Assembly: GCA_045588165.1 (NCBI GenBank)
Contig: JAZNDP010000015.1
Span: 12,214-76,213 of the forward strand
Direction of reading: 5' to 3'
DNA length: 64,000 nt
Source: Eubacteriales bacterium
GTDB lineage: Bacteria; Bacillota; Clostridia; Oscillospirales; CAG-272
Position 1 is the first letter of the stretch; every line of letters starts with the position of its first letter. The position numbers and the translations under genes are program-made. Shown here in pieces: positions 1 to 9,994 of the stretch. Under the pieces are notes generated by a model. That model saw only the letters and a program-made list of their open reading frames with translations. It was not told where the DNA came from and searched no databases.

Positions 1-1
1 C

Positions 2-841
2 GTGTTGTCCTTGGAATACGCCAAGAGAGAGAACGCAGAGCTGGTGATTACCACCGACCCCGACTGCGACCGTTTGGGCGTTGCGGTGAAACACGGCGGA
101 GAATACGTTCGTATGACGGGCAATCAGTCCGCGGCTGTTTTGCTGGAATACATCTTGTCCGAGCGCAAAAGACAGGGCAGTCTTCCCGCGGATGCGCTGA
201 TGATCAATACCGTCGTTACCTCTGACCTCGGGGATCGGATTTGCGCGGAGTACGGCGTACACGTTGAAAAAACATTGACCGGATTTAAATTTATCGGAGA
301 AAAGATCCATCAGCATCAGCTTGCCTCTGACAGAAGCTTCGTCTTTGGTTACGAAGAAAGCTACGGATGTCTGATTTCCGATTGTGTACGGGATAAGGAT
401 GCGGTGCAGGCGGCAATGATGCTGTGCGAAGCCGCAGCTCATTATCAAAAGCAAGGAATGGATCTGATCGACGTGCTGGAGAGCTTGTATGCAAAGCACG
501 GATTTTTCTTGGACGCGCTGGATAACTTTACCTTTCATGGTCTGGACGGTTCAGATAAGATTCGTGGACTCGTGGAGGGATTACGAAATAATCCACCTCG
601 AAAGGTAGGAGAAATAGACGTTGTTACCCTTGAAGACTATGAGTCCGTGGAGATGAGCAGAAGGGGATTCCCGAAATCCAACGTTCTGCGATTTATTCTC
701 GGTGACGGAAGCTGGATTGCCGTTCGTCCCAGCGGAACGGAGCCAAAGTGTAAATTCTATTTCTGTGTAATCGGCAAGAACCTCCAAGAGGCAGAGAAAA
801 AGCTGCAGAATATCCGTAAGGTTTTTGAGGAAAACTGCTGA
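2..841 (+). CDS. Phosphoglucomutase/phosphomannomutase-family protein, C-terminal part (5' end outside window)
   Basis: ORF is open at the window edge. Contains alpha-D-phosphohexomutase domains III-IV with the C-terminal RPSGTEPKxKFY loop. A strong terminator follows. Confidence 0.85.
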   Translation: MLSLEYAKRENAELVITTDPDCDRLGVAVKHGGEYVRMTGNQSAAVLLEYILSERKRQGSLPADALMINTVVTSDLGDRICAEYGVHVEKTLTGFKFIGEKIHQHQLASDRSFVFGYEESYGCLISDCVRDKDAVQAAMMLCEAAAHYQKQGMDLIDVLESLYAKHGFFLDALDNFTFHGLDGSDKIRGLVEGLRNNPPRKVGEIDVVTLEDYESVEMSRRGFPKSNVLRFILGDGSWIAVRPSGTEPKCKFYFCVIGKNLQEAEKKLQNIRKVFEENC

Positions 842-846
842 GTTCC

Positions 847-890
847 AAAGAGGTGCCATTCATTTTTGAATGGCACCTCTTTTTTATTTT
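847..890 (+). terminator. Rho-independent terminator
   Basis: Perfect 16-bp stem AAAGAGGTGCCATTCA / TGAATGGCACCTCTTT, TTTT loop, then a T-run. Confidence 0.85.
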
Positions 891-984
891 GCTGTTTTTT
901 AAAAATCACTTTCATTTCTGTATTTTTTGTGATATAATATGAGTTGGTTAACGTAATTCGTGCAGAAAGGAGAGGTGTGACGGG

Positions 985-2925
985 ATGAATCGGGATGAAC
1001 AAAAAACCGTACAATATTTAAATCATATTCAATCCCCCGAGGATTTCAAAAAGATCCCCGTGGACCAGATGTCCTATGTCGCGGACGAAATTCGGCAGGA
1101 ATTGATTCGGATCACCTCTGCCAACGGTGGGCATCTTGCATCCAATCTCGGTGTAGTGGAGCTGACCATGGCAATTCATCGGGTGTTTGATACCCCCAAG
1201 GATCACGTGATCTTTGACGTGGGGCATCAAAGCTATGTGCATAAAATGCTGACCGGACGGTATGGTGCCATGGATACCCTTCGCAAGCCAAGCGGTCTTT
1301 CGGGTTTTACCAAGCGGGAGGAAAGTGAGCATGACTGCTTTGGTGCGGGACATAGCTCCACCTCCTTATCCGCCGCGCTTGGATTTGCGATTTCGGACAA
1401 GTTAAATGATTCGGATGCTTATACGGTTGTCGTTGTCGGAGACGGCGCATATACCGGGGGAATGATTCACGAGGCGTTGAATAACTGCCACAGGAAGCTG
1501 AATCTGATTATTATTATGAATGAAAACGAAATGTCCATTTCGAAAAACATCGGACGTTTCGCCAAAAATCTTTCCAAATTGCGCACCAAATCCGGATATT
1601 TCAGAACAAAACGAGCAACCGGCGTATTCCTGAAAAAAATTCCTTTGGTAGGAAGGTATATTTTTCGCTTGGTAAGTAATATCAAGAGAATGGTTAAAAA
1701 TGCGTTGTACGGCTCAAACTATTTTGAAAGCATGGGGCTTACTTATCTCGGTCCCATTGACGGGAACGATTTTGAGGCGGTAGAGCATTTGCTTCGCGAA
1801 GCAAAGAAACTGAATGAAAGTGTTGTTGTGCATCTGAAAACAAAAAAGGGAAAAGGCTACGAGCCCGCGGAACAATCTCCCGAATTTTATCACGGCATGT
1901 CTCCCGTATGCGCAAACACGGCAGAGAAGAGAACGTTTTCCAAAGAAATGGGGCGATGGCTGACAGAACGAGCGGCAACCGACAACCGCATTTGCGCCGT
2001 GACTGCCGCCATGGGCGACGGAACGGGATTGAACGACTTTTGCAAAACCTACGAGAAACGGTTCTTTGATGTAGGAATTGCCGAGGAGCACGCCCTGACC
2101 TTTTGTGCGGGTTTGGCGGCAAACGGAATGAAACCCTTTGTAGCGATATATTCCACCTTCTTGCAAAGAGGGTACGATAATCTGATCCATGATATTGCCC
2201 TGCAAAGGCTTCCTTGCGTGATCTGCGTGGATCGGGCAGGTCTGAACGTGGGGGATGGGGCGACACATCACGGCATTTTTGACGTGGCATTTCTGTCACA
2301 GATCCCCAATATGAGGATCTATACGCCCATCACCTTGGGGGCGCTGGATCGAGCGCTGGAGGAGTCTTATTCCTACCATGACCGTCCCTCTGCTATTCGT
2401 TATCCCAACGGATGTGAGAGTGACGAGGTCCTTCGGATGTTTTATCCTAACGGGGAGTACCGCTCTCCCGGTATTGTAAAAAGCTTTGCGGATCAAGAGA
2501 GACCTAATCTTTTGATCATTACCTACGGAAGAATTGTGCTTCAAGCGATGGAAGCGAAAAAGAAACTGGAGGCGGATGGAATTTCCGTTGGAATCGTGTT
2601 ACTTGAAATGCTCAAGCCTTATGAGGAGACGGCGCGGCAATTGTCCTCTTTGGTATCTCACAGGACCAATCTCATCTTTTTGGAGGAAGGGATTCAAAGC
2701 GGAGGCATGGGAATGAATCTTGCATCCAGGATGGAACAGGAATATGGAATTCCCAACGATCGAATCCGTATTCTCGCAATCGATGATTCCTTTGTGGAAA
2801 AATCCCATGCTGACAAAACCATTTATGATGCGGCGGGAATCGGCGCGGCGGATATCTGTCGAATCGCCTTTGAACTTAACGCGAAACAGACTGTAAGGGG
2901 ATCATATGAATCATTCAGACTTTGA
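985..2925 (+). CDS. dxs: 1-deoxy-D-xylulose-5-phosphate synthase
   Basis: 646 aa. Has the DXS-typical GGHLASNLGVVELTMAIH and DVGHQSYVHKMLTGR motifs, the TPP-binding GDGAYTGGM, and transketolase-like C-terminal domains. Confidence 0.95.
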   Translation: MNRDEQKTVQYLNHIQSPEDFKKIPVDQMSYVADEIRQELIRITSANGGHLASNLGVVELTMAIHRVFDTPKDHVIFDVGHQSYVHKMLTGRYGAMDTLRKPSGLSGFTKREESEHDCFGAGHSSTSLSAALGFAISDKLNDSDAYTVVVVGDGAYTGGMIHEALNNCHRKLNLIIIMNENEMSISKNIGRFAKNLSKLRTKSGYFRTKRATGVFLKKIPLVGRYIFRLVSNIKRMVKNALYGSNYFESMGLTYLGPIDGNDFEAVEHLLREAKKLNESVVVHLKTKKGKGYEPAEQSPEFYHGMSPVCANTAEKRTFSKEMGRWLTERAATDNRICAVTAAMGDGTGLNDFCKTYEKRFFDVGIAEEHALTFCAGLAANGMKPFVAIYSTFLQRGYDNLIHDIALQRLPCVICVDRAGLNVGDGATHHGIFDVAFLSQIPNMRIYTPITLGALDRALEESYSYHDRPSAIRYPNGCESDEVLRMFYPNGEYRSPGIVKSFADQERPNLLIITYGRIVLQAMEAKKKLEADGISVGIVLLEMLKPYEETARQLSSLVSHRTNLIFLEEGIQSGGMGMNLASRMEQEYGIPNDRIRILAIDDSFVEKSHADKTIYDAAGIGAADICRIAFELNAKQTVRGSYESFRL

Positions 2926-3139
2926 TATAAAGAAAGGGCGTTATCGGCACTTTAAGGGCATGGAATACGAGGTGATCGACATAGCCTACCATTCCGAGAC
3001 AACGGAGCCGATGGTTGTATACCGTGCCATGTACGGTGATAAAAAGCTCTGGGTTCGTCCCGCTTCCATGTGGAGCGAAACAGTAGAGCGAGAGGGAAAG
3101 ACTTTTTCTCGATTCACCTACGTGGGCGATGATAAATAA
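2906..3139 (+). CDS. DUF1653-family small protein
   Basis: 77 aa. The pattern YRHFKG-EYEV...VVYRAMYGD-KLWVRP is typical of DUF1653. Overlaps the dxs 3' end by 20 nt. Confidence 0.7.
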   Translation: MNHSDFDIKKGRYRHFKGMEYEVIDIAYHSETTEPMVVYRAMYGDKKLWVRPASMWSETVEREGKTFSRFTYVGDDK

Positions 3140-3141
3140 AA

Positions 3142-3173
3142 GAAGACGCGGAAGCCATGGTTTCCGCGTCTTC
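3142..3173. terminator. Bidirectional hairpin terminator between convergent genes
   Basis: 12-bp stem GAAGACGCGGAA / TTCCGCGTCTTC with an 8-nt loop, flanked by A-run and T-run. Confidence 0.7.
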
Positions 3174-3175
3174 CT

Positions 3176-4711
3176 TTATTTATTCGGTAACCGTACCGCC
3201 TTGGTCACATACAGCAAAACCATGTAAATGCAAACGGAGAGAGAGATCTGCGCGGTGAGAGTCCATGGAGAAGAAGCAACGCCGCCGAACCGCAAGAGCA
3301 GCAATCGAACGAATGTCGTGGAAAGAATGGTGCAAAGCAGAGGTTTTCCAAGCCAATGGATCAATCGAGGCTTTACCTTCGTTATGACAAACAATCTGGT
3401 AATGCTTAACGTAGCATTTACGGTTTCCGTAAAATAGACAGTGATAATGTATCCTGTGATCCCATAGCTTGGGAGCAACGTCCAGACAAGGATAACGGAA
3501 AGCAGGGCGTCAACAATATTGACCCCCATACAAAACACCTGCTCTCCCAGACCCTTGAGAATGGAATCCACAGAGGTATCCAGATACATGACGGGAATCA
3601 GAGGAGCGATCATCAGTATGTATTTTCCCGCGCCAACCGAGGGGTAAACCACATTCGCCAGCTCGCAAGAAAAGCACATCATGATTCCCGCTGTTCCAAC
3701 GGCGAAAATTAAAACCGAATGGAATACTTTGTTGATGATTCGATCAATCCGAGCAGAGTCCCCCTGTGATAAGGATTCCGCAACCTCGGGGATGAGCAGT
3801 CCCGCAAAGGAGCCTGAAAGAGCGGAAGGGAAAAGGATCAGGGGGAACACCATGCTGTGAACCGTTCCATAAGCCGCGAGAGAGGTGTCTCTGGACGCAC
3901 CGCTTCGTTGCAATCCCCAAGGAATGAGCATATGCTCCAGGGTGATCAGTCCCGAGCGCACGTAGGCACTGAAGGCAATGGGGAGCGCGGTACTCATCAG
4001 CTTATCTTGTATTTTTTCGTTTTCTTGTGATGTGGAGGAAGAAGCTGCTCTGTTTCGTTCCAAAAGAAACAGTAAATATTGAACCAAAAAGGCAAGTCCC
4101 TCGGAAATTGCGCCGCCAAGCACGATGGAAAGACACGCGCTTTGGACATCTCTTGCGCCAATCAACGAAATAAAAAGAATACAGCCGTATATCCGAGTGA
4201 TTTGTCCTACGATCTGCACGATCGCGTTTTTATAAACACGTCGTACAGCGGTAAAATATCCGCCCAAAACAGAGGAAAGCGCAATGGGGGGGAGAGTGAA
4301 CGCCAACACCTGCATCGGCAGAACCGTACGGGGATCCTTTAATATTTTATTTCCAATTGCGGGGGCAAGAAAGAACAGGAGCGCACAGCTCACAATGCTG
4401 AAGCACAAAGCGTATGTAATACATTTCTTTACAATGCAAGTAATCTTAGGGCTCTTTAACGAAGACTGTCCCAAGACATGATGTTCTCCCAAGGCATCGG
4501 CAATCAGTTTGGTCGAGGCAAAGCCAATGCCCGAGGTAGCAAGGGTAACAGAAAAGGAATAAACGGTAGTGATCAGAGTAAAAAGCCCCATGGCTACGGC
4601 ACCGATCCGATTGGAAATATAAACGTTAAAGCTGACTGAAATGGAACGGATCAACAAGGAAACTGCCGTAACCAGCAATCCGTTGGCAATAAATTGTTTT
4701 CTTCTGTTCAT
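3176..4711 (-). CDS. MOP-superfamily polysaccharide/lipid II flippase, SpoVB-like
   Basis: About 510 aa and polytopic (around 14 hydrophobic segments), Wzx/MurJ/SpoVB-like. ATG at 4711 with a GGAAGG RBS is preferred over TTG at 4744. Confidence 0.65.
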   Translation of the reverse strand: MNRRKQFIANGLLVTAVSLLIRSISVSFNVYISNRIGAVAMGLFTLITTVYSFSVTLATSGIGFASTKLIADALGEHHVLGQSSLKSPKITCIVKKCITYALCFSIVSCALLFFLAPAIGNKILKDPRTVLPMQVLAFTLPPIALSSVLGGYFTAVRRVYKNAIVQIVGQITRIYGCILFISLIGARDVQSACLSIVLGGAISEGLAFLVQYLLFLLERNRAASSSTSQENEKIQDKLMSTALPIAFSAYVRSGLITLEHMLIPWGLQRSGASRDTSLAAYGTVHSMVFPLILFPSALSGSFAGLLIPEVAESLSQGDSARIDRIINKVFHSVLIFAVGTAGIMMCFSCELANVVYPSVGAGKYILMIAPLIPVMYLDTSVDSILKGLGEQVFCMGVNIVDALLSVILVWTLLPSYGITGYIITVYFTETVNATLSITRLFVITKVKPRLIHWLGKPLLCTILSTTFVRLLLLRFGGVASSPWTLTAQISLSVCIYMVLLYVTKAVRLPNK

Positions 4712-4871
4712 GCCGCTACCTTCCCGATTTTCCTTTTTGTACAACTATATGTTTTTATTTTAAAAATTAGAATTTAAAGCTTGTTTTGCTTGACAAGCAA
4801 CCCAGGAAAATGGTATACTATACAGGAAGATGAGTTCGCTCAAAACAGAATCGTGAGGATGGGAAATTCTT

Positions 4872-7403
4872 ATGAAAAAGATGTTAGTCATTGATGGAAA
4901 CAGCATACTGAACCGTGCGTTTTACGGAATCCGTTTGCTAACCAACAAGGATGGATTGTATACCAACGCAATCTATGGTATGATCACCATGGTTTCTCGT
5001 TATATGGACAGCCTCAAACCCGATTATTGCGCGGTAGCATTCGACCTGAAGGCGCCGACCTTCCGACATAAGATGTACGACGGATATAAGGCAAACCGCA
5101 AGGGAATGCCCGAAGAACTTGCCGTTCAATTGCCCTATGCCAAGGAATGTATGGCGCAGATGGGATTGAACGTTATTTCCTGTGAGGGATATGAGGCGGA
5201 TGATATCTTGGGCACCTTGGCATCCACTATGGGTGGGGATGACGTTCACGTTTACGTCCTGACCGGAGACCGCGATTCCTTACAGCTGATCGGTGAGCAC
5301 GTGTCGGTTCTGCTGGTAAAAACCAAGGAAACCATCGAATTTAATCGCGCTGTATTCCGGGAGCAGTACGGAATTGATCCCGAGCAATTCGTTGAGGTCA
5401 AGGCGCTGATGGGAGACAGCTCGGATAATATCCCCGGTGTTGCGGGAATCGGAGAAAAAACAGCGCTGAAATTGATCGCCGACTATAAAACCGTTTCCGA
5501 TTTGTACGACAGACTGGAGACAGCCTCACTTTCTGACGGAGTTCGCAAAAAGCTGGAGGCGGGAAGAGACATGGCGGTCATGTCACGCGCACTGTCAGAA
5601 ATTTTTGTTGCCGTGCCGATCTCAAGCAAGATTGACGATTATGCATACGTAGGTCCCGATGCTCCTGCTCTGAAAAAGCTCTTCCTCCAACTGGATTTTA
5701 CCGCGTTGATCAAAAAATTTAATCTGGAACAAACGGAGATCCCCGAAGGAGAGAAAAAAAGCGAGGAAAATGTAATATTCCGGTATCAGGTCGCAAAAGA
5801 ATTGTCCGCGCTGGCGGGAGAGGTACTTGCCCTTGATCTGGTTGATGATGCGGTACATTGCTATGACGGGGTGAATCTGTATACGGCTTCCGCTGCTGAT
5901 ATGGATTGGAATGATCTTGCCGCATATATTCAAAATCATTCGGTTGTATGCCATGATTCCAAAAAACTGTATAAGACGTTGATTGAGCGGAATATTTCTA
6001 TTCCGATGTGTTCCTTTGATACGCTGTTGGCGGCTTACGTTTTGGATTCGGGCAGGGGAAATTATACGCTTTCCGAATTGTTCGTCCGATATAAGAACCG
6101 TTCTTTGAACGAGGACATTCCAAGTGCCGTTGCCATATTTGATCTTTTCAAAATCTTGAAGGAAGAAATTGAAAATGGCGGTTTTGGCTCCCTGCTGTAT
6201 GACATTGAGCAACCTCTTGCTTCCGTTCTGGCAGAGATGGAGCTGATCGGATTTAAGATCGACGCGGAGGGAATTCGCGCGTACGGCGAGGAATTGAGCG
6301 AGGCTGCCCAAGCGCTGCAATTGCGAATCTACAGCTATGCGGGGGAGGAATTCAACATTGGTTCTCCCAAGCAGTTGGGGGAGGTTCTCTTTGAGAAGAT
6401 GGGCTTACCTAAATCAAGAAAGACAAAAACCGGTTATTCCACCGACGCGGAAACCCTGCAAAAGCTCTTGCCAAAGCATCCTATCATCGAGGATATTTTA
6501 GATTACCGTCAGGTAACCAAGCTAAAATCCACCTATGCAGACGGGTTGCCCAAGGCGGCAGATGAGCAGGGAAGAGTCCACAGCATTCTCAATCAAACGG
6601 GAACCGCTACGGGACGGCTCTCATCCTCTGAACCGAATTTGCAAAATATACCTGTCCGCACCGAACTTGGCAGACGATTCCGTAAATATTTCACGGCGCA
6701 GAATGAGGAATACGTTCTGATTGACGCGGATTATTCCCAGATCGAGTTGAGACTGTTGGCGCATATCGCGCAAGATGAAGCGATGATCGACGCGTTTCTT
6801 TCGGGAGAGGATGTGCATACGATGACGGCTGCCAAGGTATTTGGCGTGTCACCCGATATGGTTACCTCGGATTTGAGAAAGAAGGCAAAAGCCGTCAACT
6901 TTGGTATTATGTACGGAATCGGAGATTATTCGCTGTCCGAGGATCTTGGGATCTCCAAAGCACAGGCAAAGGAATATATTACGAGCTATTTTGAGAAATT
7001 CCCCCAGATCCGCGCTTATCTGGATCGCGTTCAGGAAGATGCAAAAAAAGACGGATATGTTACCACCTTGTTGGGAAGACGGCGGTATATTCCCGAGCTT
7101 GCATCATCCAATAAAAACGTACAGCATTTTGGGGAACGGGTGGCTATGAACAGCCCCATTCAGGGAACCGCGGCTGATATCATCAAGATCGCGATGATTC
7201 GAACCAATGATTCCTTGCATAAGAGAGGGCTTGATGCCCGTCTGATCATGCAGGTTCACGACGAATTGATTCTGGAATCACATCGAAGCTGTGCGGAGGA
7301 AGCGCGCGCCATTTTGGTGGATTGCATGGAAAATGCAATATCGCTTTCCATTCCGTTGTCCGTGGAAGGAAGCGTTGGCAACACATGGTACGATGCCAAA
7401 TAA
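4872..7403 (+). CDS. polA: DNA polymerase I
   Basis: 843 aa. N-terminal 5'-3' exonuclease (GDSSDNIPGVAGIGEKTA), central 3'-5' exo-like domain, and C-terminal family A polymerase motifs (DYSQIELRLLAH, KAVNFGIMYG, QVHDEL). Confidence 0.97.
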   Translation: MKKMLVIDGNSILNRAFYGIRLLTNKDGLYTNAIYGMITMVSRYMDSLKPDYCAVAFDLKAPTFRHKMYDGYKANRKGMPEELAVQLPYAKECMAQMGLNVISCEGYEADDILGTLASTMGGDDVHVYVLTGDRDSLQLIGEHVSVLLVKTKETIEFNRAVFREQYGIDPEQFVEVKALMGDSSDNIPGVAGIGEKTALKLIADYKTVSDLYDRLETASLSDGVRKKLEAGRDMAVMSRALSEIFVAVPISSKIDDYAYVGPDAPALKKLFLQLDFTALIKKFNLEQTEIPEGEKKSEENVIFRYQVAKELSALAGEVLALDLVDDAVHCYDGVNLYTASAADMDWNDLAAYIQNHSVVCHDSKKLYKTLIERNISIPMCSFDTLLAAYVLDSGRGNYTLSELFVRYKNRSLNEDIPSAVAIFDLFKILKEEIENGGFGSLLYDIEQPLASVLAEMELIGFKIDAEGIRAYGEELSEAAQALQLRIYSYAGEEFNIGSPKQLGEVLFEKMGLPKSRKTKTGYSTDAETLQKLLPKHPIIEDILDYRQVTKLKSTYADGLPKAADEQGRVHSILNQTGTATGRLSSSEPNLQNIPVRTELGRRFRKYFTAQNEEYVLIDADYSQIELRLLAHIAQDEAMIDAFLSGEDVHTMTAAKVFGVSPDMVTSDLRKKAKAVNFGIMYGIGDYSLSEDLGISKAQAKEYITSYFEKFPQIRAYLDRVQEDAKKDGYVTTLLGRRRYIPELASSNKNVQHFGERVAMNSPIQGTAADIIKIAMIRTNDSLHKRGLDARLIMQVHDELILESHRSCAEEARAILVDCMENAISLSIPLSVEGSVGNTWYDAK

Positions 7404-7412
7404 ATAAAATTT

Positions 7413-7466
7413 AACCACAGAAAATAAGTAACATACGCTGTTTCTTGCTTCTGTGGTTATTTTTTG
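7413..7466 (+). terminator. Probable terminator after polA
   Basis: 10-bp stem AACCACAGAA / TTCTGTGGTT with a large loop, followed by ATTTTTTG. Confidence 0.5.
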
Positions 7467-7499
7467 TTAAAAAAATAGCAAAAAAATCAATAAAACATA

Positions 7500-7528
7500 T
7501 GGACATTTGAACAACTTTATTGTATAAT
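7500..7528 (+). promoter_or_regulatory. Putative sigma-A promoter of the hydrogenase regulatory genes
   Basis: TGGACA - 17 nt - TATAAT, about 55 nt upstream of the 7584 start codon. Confidence 0.5.
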
Positions 7529-7583
7529 GTATAGGAATAGATATATTTATTATTTTTGTATAAAGCGATAAGGAGATACGGAT

Positions 7584-7937
7584 ATGCAGATGCGAAAAAT
7601 CGCGGAGTTGTTGGATGCAGATATTCTGTGCGGACATGACTCTCTGGACGGTGTTGTGAAATCCGCATTTGGCTGTGACATGATGAGCGACGTGTTGGCT
7701 TTTGTCAAAAATCAGGCAGTTTTGCTTACAGGGCTTTGTAATCCGCAGGTCGTTCGTACGGCAGAAATGATGGATATGCGATGCATCGTATTCGTTCGCG
7801 GCAAGATTCCTCCTGCGGAGGTAGTTGCGCTGGCAAAGGACGCGGGTATCGTTGTTATGACAACGAAAGAAAGAATGTACGCCGCTTGCGGTAAGCTGTA
7901 TACCCACGGACTTCCCGGAGGAGAAGAGGAATCATGA
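7584..7937 (+). CDS. DRTGG-domain protein (copy 1)
   Basis: 117 aa. Has the CDMMSDVLAF...LLTGL.NPQVVRTAE...FVRGK pattern that I recognise from DRTGG proteins annotated next to [FeFe]-hydrogenase genes. Good RBS (AAGGAG). Confidence 0.65.
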   Translation: MQMRKIAELLDADILCGHDSLDGVVKSAFGCDMMSDVLAFVKNQAVLLTGLCNPQVVRTAEMMDMRCIVFVRGKIPPAEVVALAKDAGIVVMTTKERMYAACGKLYTHGLPGGEEES

Positions 7938-8356
7938 CAGAAAGTGTAAATTTCCACTTTGATATTGACGGGGATAACTTCACGTCGGCGGGAGAAGCCT
8001 CAGTTCGGATCAAAAAGCTGCTCCGTGAGATGGGATTTTTACCCGATGTCATTCGGCGCGTATCGGTTGCCATGTACGAGGGTGAAATCAACATGGTAAT
8101 CCACGCCAACGGCGGGTCCGCGGACGTAAACGTTTATTGCGATCGCATTGAGATTATTCTGAAGGATAATGGTCCCGGTATTTCCGATATCGATCTGGCA
8201 ATGCAGGAAGGATATTCTACAGCGCCCGATACCATTCGTTCTCTTGGATTTGGCGCCGGCATGGGACTTCCGAACATGCAACGGTATACGGATGATATGA
8301 AAATAACGTCAGAGGTAGGCAAGGGAACCACCGTGTTTATGACGGTCAAGGTTTGA
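7934..8356 (+). CDS. SpoIIAB/RsbW-like serine-kinase-type ATPase (GHKL fold)
   Basis: 140 aa. N-box EGEINMVIHA, G1 DNGPGI, G2 GFGAGMGLP. ATGA start/stop overlap with the upstream DRTGG gene. Confidence 0.75.
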   Translation: MTESVNFHFDIDGDNFTSAGEASVRIKKLLREMGFLPDVIRRVSVAMYEGEINMVIHANGGSADVNVYCDRIEIILKDNGPGISDIDLAMQEGYSTAPDTIRSLGFGAGMGLPNMQRYTDDMKITSEVGKGTTVFMTVKV

Positions 8357-8383
8357 CTTGCTTCCCATGAAGAAGAGGTAGCG

Positions 8384-9649
8384 ATGTCTATTTATAAGCA
8401 CTCCGTGACACTTGAGCTATCCAAGTGTAAGGGATGCACCAACTGCATCAAACGCTGTCCTACCGAAGCGATTCGCGTACGGGACGGACACGCGATTATT
8501 AAAGAAGAAAATTGCATTGATTGCGGCGAATGCATCAGACTGTGCCCGTATCAAGCAAAGAAGGCAACCTTCGATAAATTTGAAGATTTTCAAGGGTACC
8601 GATATAAGATCGCCATTCCCGCACCGTCGCTGTACGGGCAGTTCGAGGATCTGGACGACGTGGATTACATCTTGACCGCCTTGTTGAAGTGCGGTTTTGA
8701 TGCTGTTTTTGAGGTTTCCCGCGCGGCGGAATTGATTACAGAATATACCCGCCGATATATGAAGCAGGAAAACCTTCCTATGCCGATCATCAGCTCGGCA
8801 TGTCCCGCAATCGTTCGTTTGATCGCATTGCGATTTCCTTACTTAAAAGAGCATCTGTTACCCTTGATGCCACCGATTGAATATGCGGCGAGAATCGCAA
8901 GAGAAGAAGCGCTGGCAACCCATCCCGAGCTTATGGATGACGATATCTGCGTCTTGTTTCTCTCTCCCTGCCCCGCAAAGATCAGTTACGTAAAGAATCC
9001 CCTCGGCGTGAAGAAAAGCGCCGTTACAGGATCTCTTGCCATCAGCGATTTTTATTTTAAGATCCGAGCGAAACGTAAGGAGATTTCAGATCCACTGCCC
9101 CTATCCCAATCGGGAATCATTGGTTTGAACTGGGCAAGTTCCGGCGGAGAAGCGACGTCTCTGTTGTCGGATAAGCATCTGGCGGCGGATGGAATTGAAA
9201 ACTGCATTCACGTACTGGATGAGATTGAAAACGGTACCCTGCATAACCTGGAATTTGTTGAGCTGAACGCTTGTCCCGGCGGCTGTGTGGGAGGAACCCT
9301 AAATGTGGAAAACCCATTTATTGCCAAGGCGAGATTGCAATCCATGAGAAAATACCTTCCGGTCTCCCGTAATCGCGTTGCGGTAGCGGATGAGATTCCC
9401 AAGAACATTTATTGGACGGAGGATTTGCCCTCTGATTGCTTTAATCAGCTATCCGATGACCGTATCACCGCCATTGCCAAGATGTCTGAGATCGAAGCGA
9501 TTTACAAAGAACTTCCGCATCTGGATTGCGGATCCTGCGGAGCGCCCAATTGTCATGCGTTGGCGGAGGATATCGTAAAGGGTGAGGCGAAAAAGAGTCA
9601 TTGTCTGATTCGACTTCGAGAGCATTTAAAAAAACAGGATCATGATTGA
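8384..9649 (+). CDS. hydS: Putative sensory [FeFe]-hydrogenase, HydS-like (M2e / group D architecture)
   Basis: 421 aa. N-terminal 2x[4Fe-4S] (CKGCTNCIKRCP, CIDCGECIRLCP). H-domain motifs are SSACP, SPCPAK and ELNACPGGCVGG. C-terminal C-x2-C-x4-C-x16-C motif. Confidence 0.8.
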   Translation: MSIYKHSVTLELSKCKGCTNCIKRCPTEAIRVRDGHAIIKEENCIDCGECIRLCPYQAKKATFDKFEDFQGYRYKIAIPAPSLYGQFEDLDDVDYILTALLKCGFDAVFEVSRAAELITEYTRRYMKQENLPMPIISSACPAIVRLIALRFPYLKEHLLPLMPPIEYAARIAREEALATHPELMDDDICVLFLSPCPAKISYVKNPLGVKKSAVTGSLAISDFYFKIRAKRKEISDPLPLSQSGIIGLNWASSGGEATSLLSDKHLAADGIENCIHVLDEIENGTLHNLEFVELNACPGGCVGGTLNVENPFIAKARLQSMRKYLPVSRNRVAVADEIPKNIYWTEDLPSDCFNQLSDDRITAIAKMSEIEAIYKELPHLDCGSCGAPNCHALAEDIVKGEAKKSHCLIRLREHLKKQDHD

Positions 9650-9670
9650 TCCGAGGGGAGGTGTTAACCC

Positions 9671-9994
9671 ATGACAGTAAAACAACTTGCAGAAGCCTTT
9701 GGCTACCGTGTGCTTTGCATGCCCGACGAGGGCAGAGAAGTGGTTGGCGGTTATGCGGGTGATCTTTTGAGCTGGGTCATGGGGCGACTGGAAACGAATA
9801 ACGCATGGGTAACCATTATGTCCAATGTAAATATCGTGGCAGTTGCGACTCTTGCCGATCCTTCCTGTATCATTCTTTCTGAAGGGGTTGTGTTGGAGCA
9901 AGATGTACTGAACCGAGCGATTCAGCAAGGTGTGAACGTACTCTCCACCGATAAAACCACCTTTTCGGTATGTGCCGATCTTGCCACGGTATGA
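9671..9994 (+). CDS. DRTGG-domain protein (copy 2)
   Basis: 107 aa. Layout similar to copy 1 (GDLLSWVM...WVTIMSN.NIVAVA...). Good RBS (GGGGAGG). Confidence 0.6.
   Translation: MTVKQLAEAFGYRVLCMPDEGREVVGGYAGDLLSWVMGRLETNNAWVTIMSNVNIVAVATLADPSCIILSEGVVLEQDVLNRAIQQGVNVLSTDKTTFSVCADLATV

Noticed and set aside
7464-7481. Rex-like operator TTGTTAAAAAAATAGCAA upstream of the hydrogenase regulatory genes.
   Set aside because: Only the left half matches the TTGTTAA-N4-TTAACAA type consensus; the right half matches 5 of 7. It lies in very AT-rich DNA upstream of the -35, so it is too weak to call without a genome-wide motif model.
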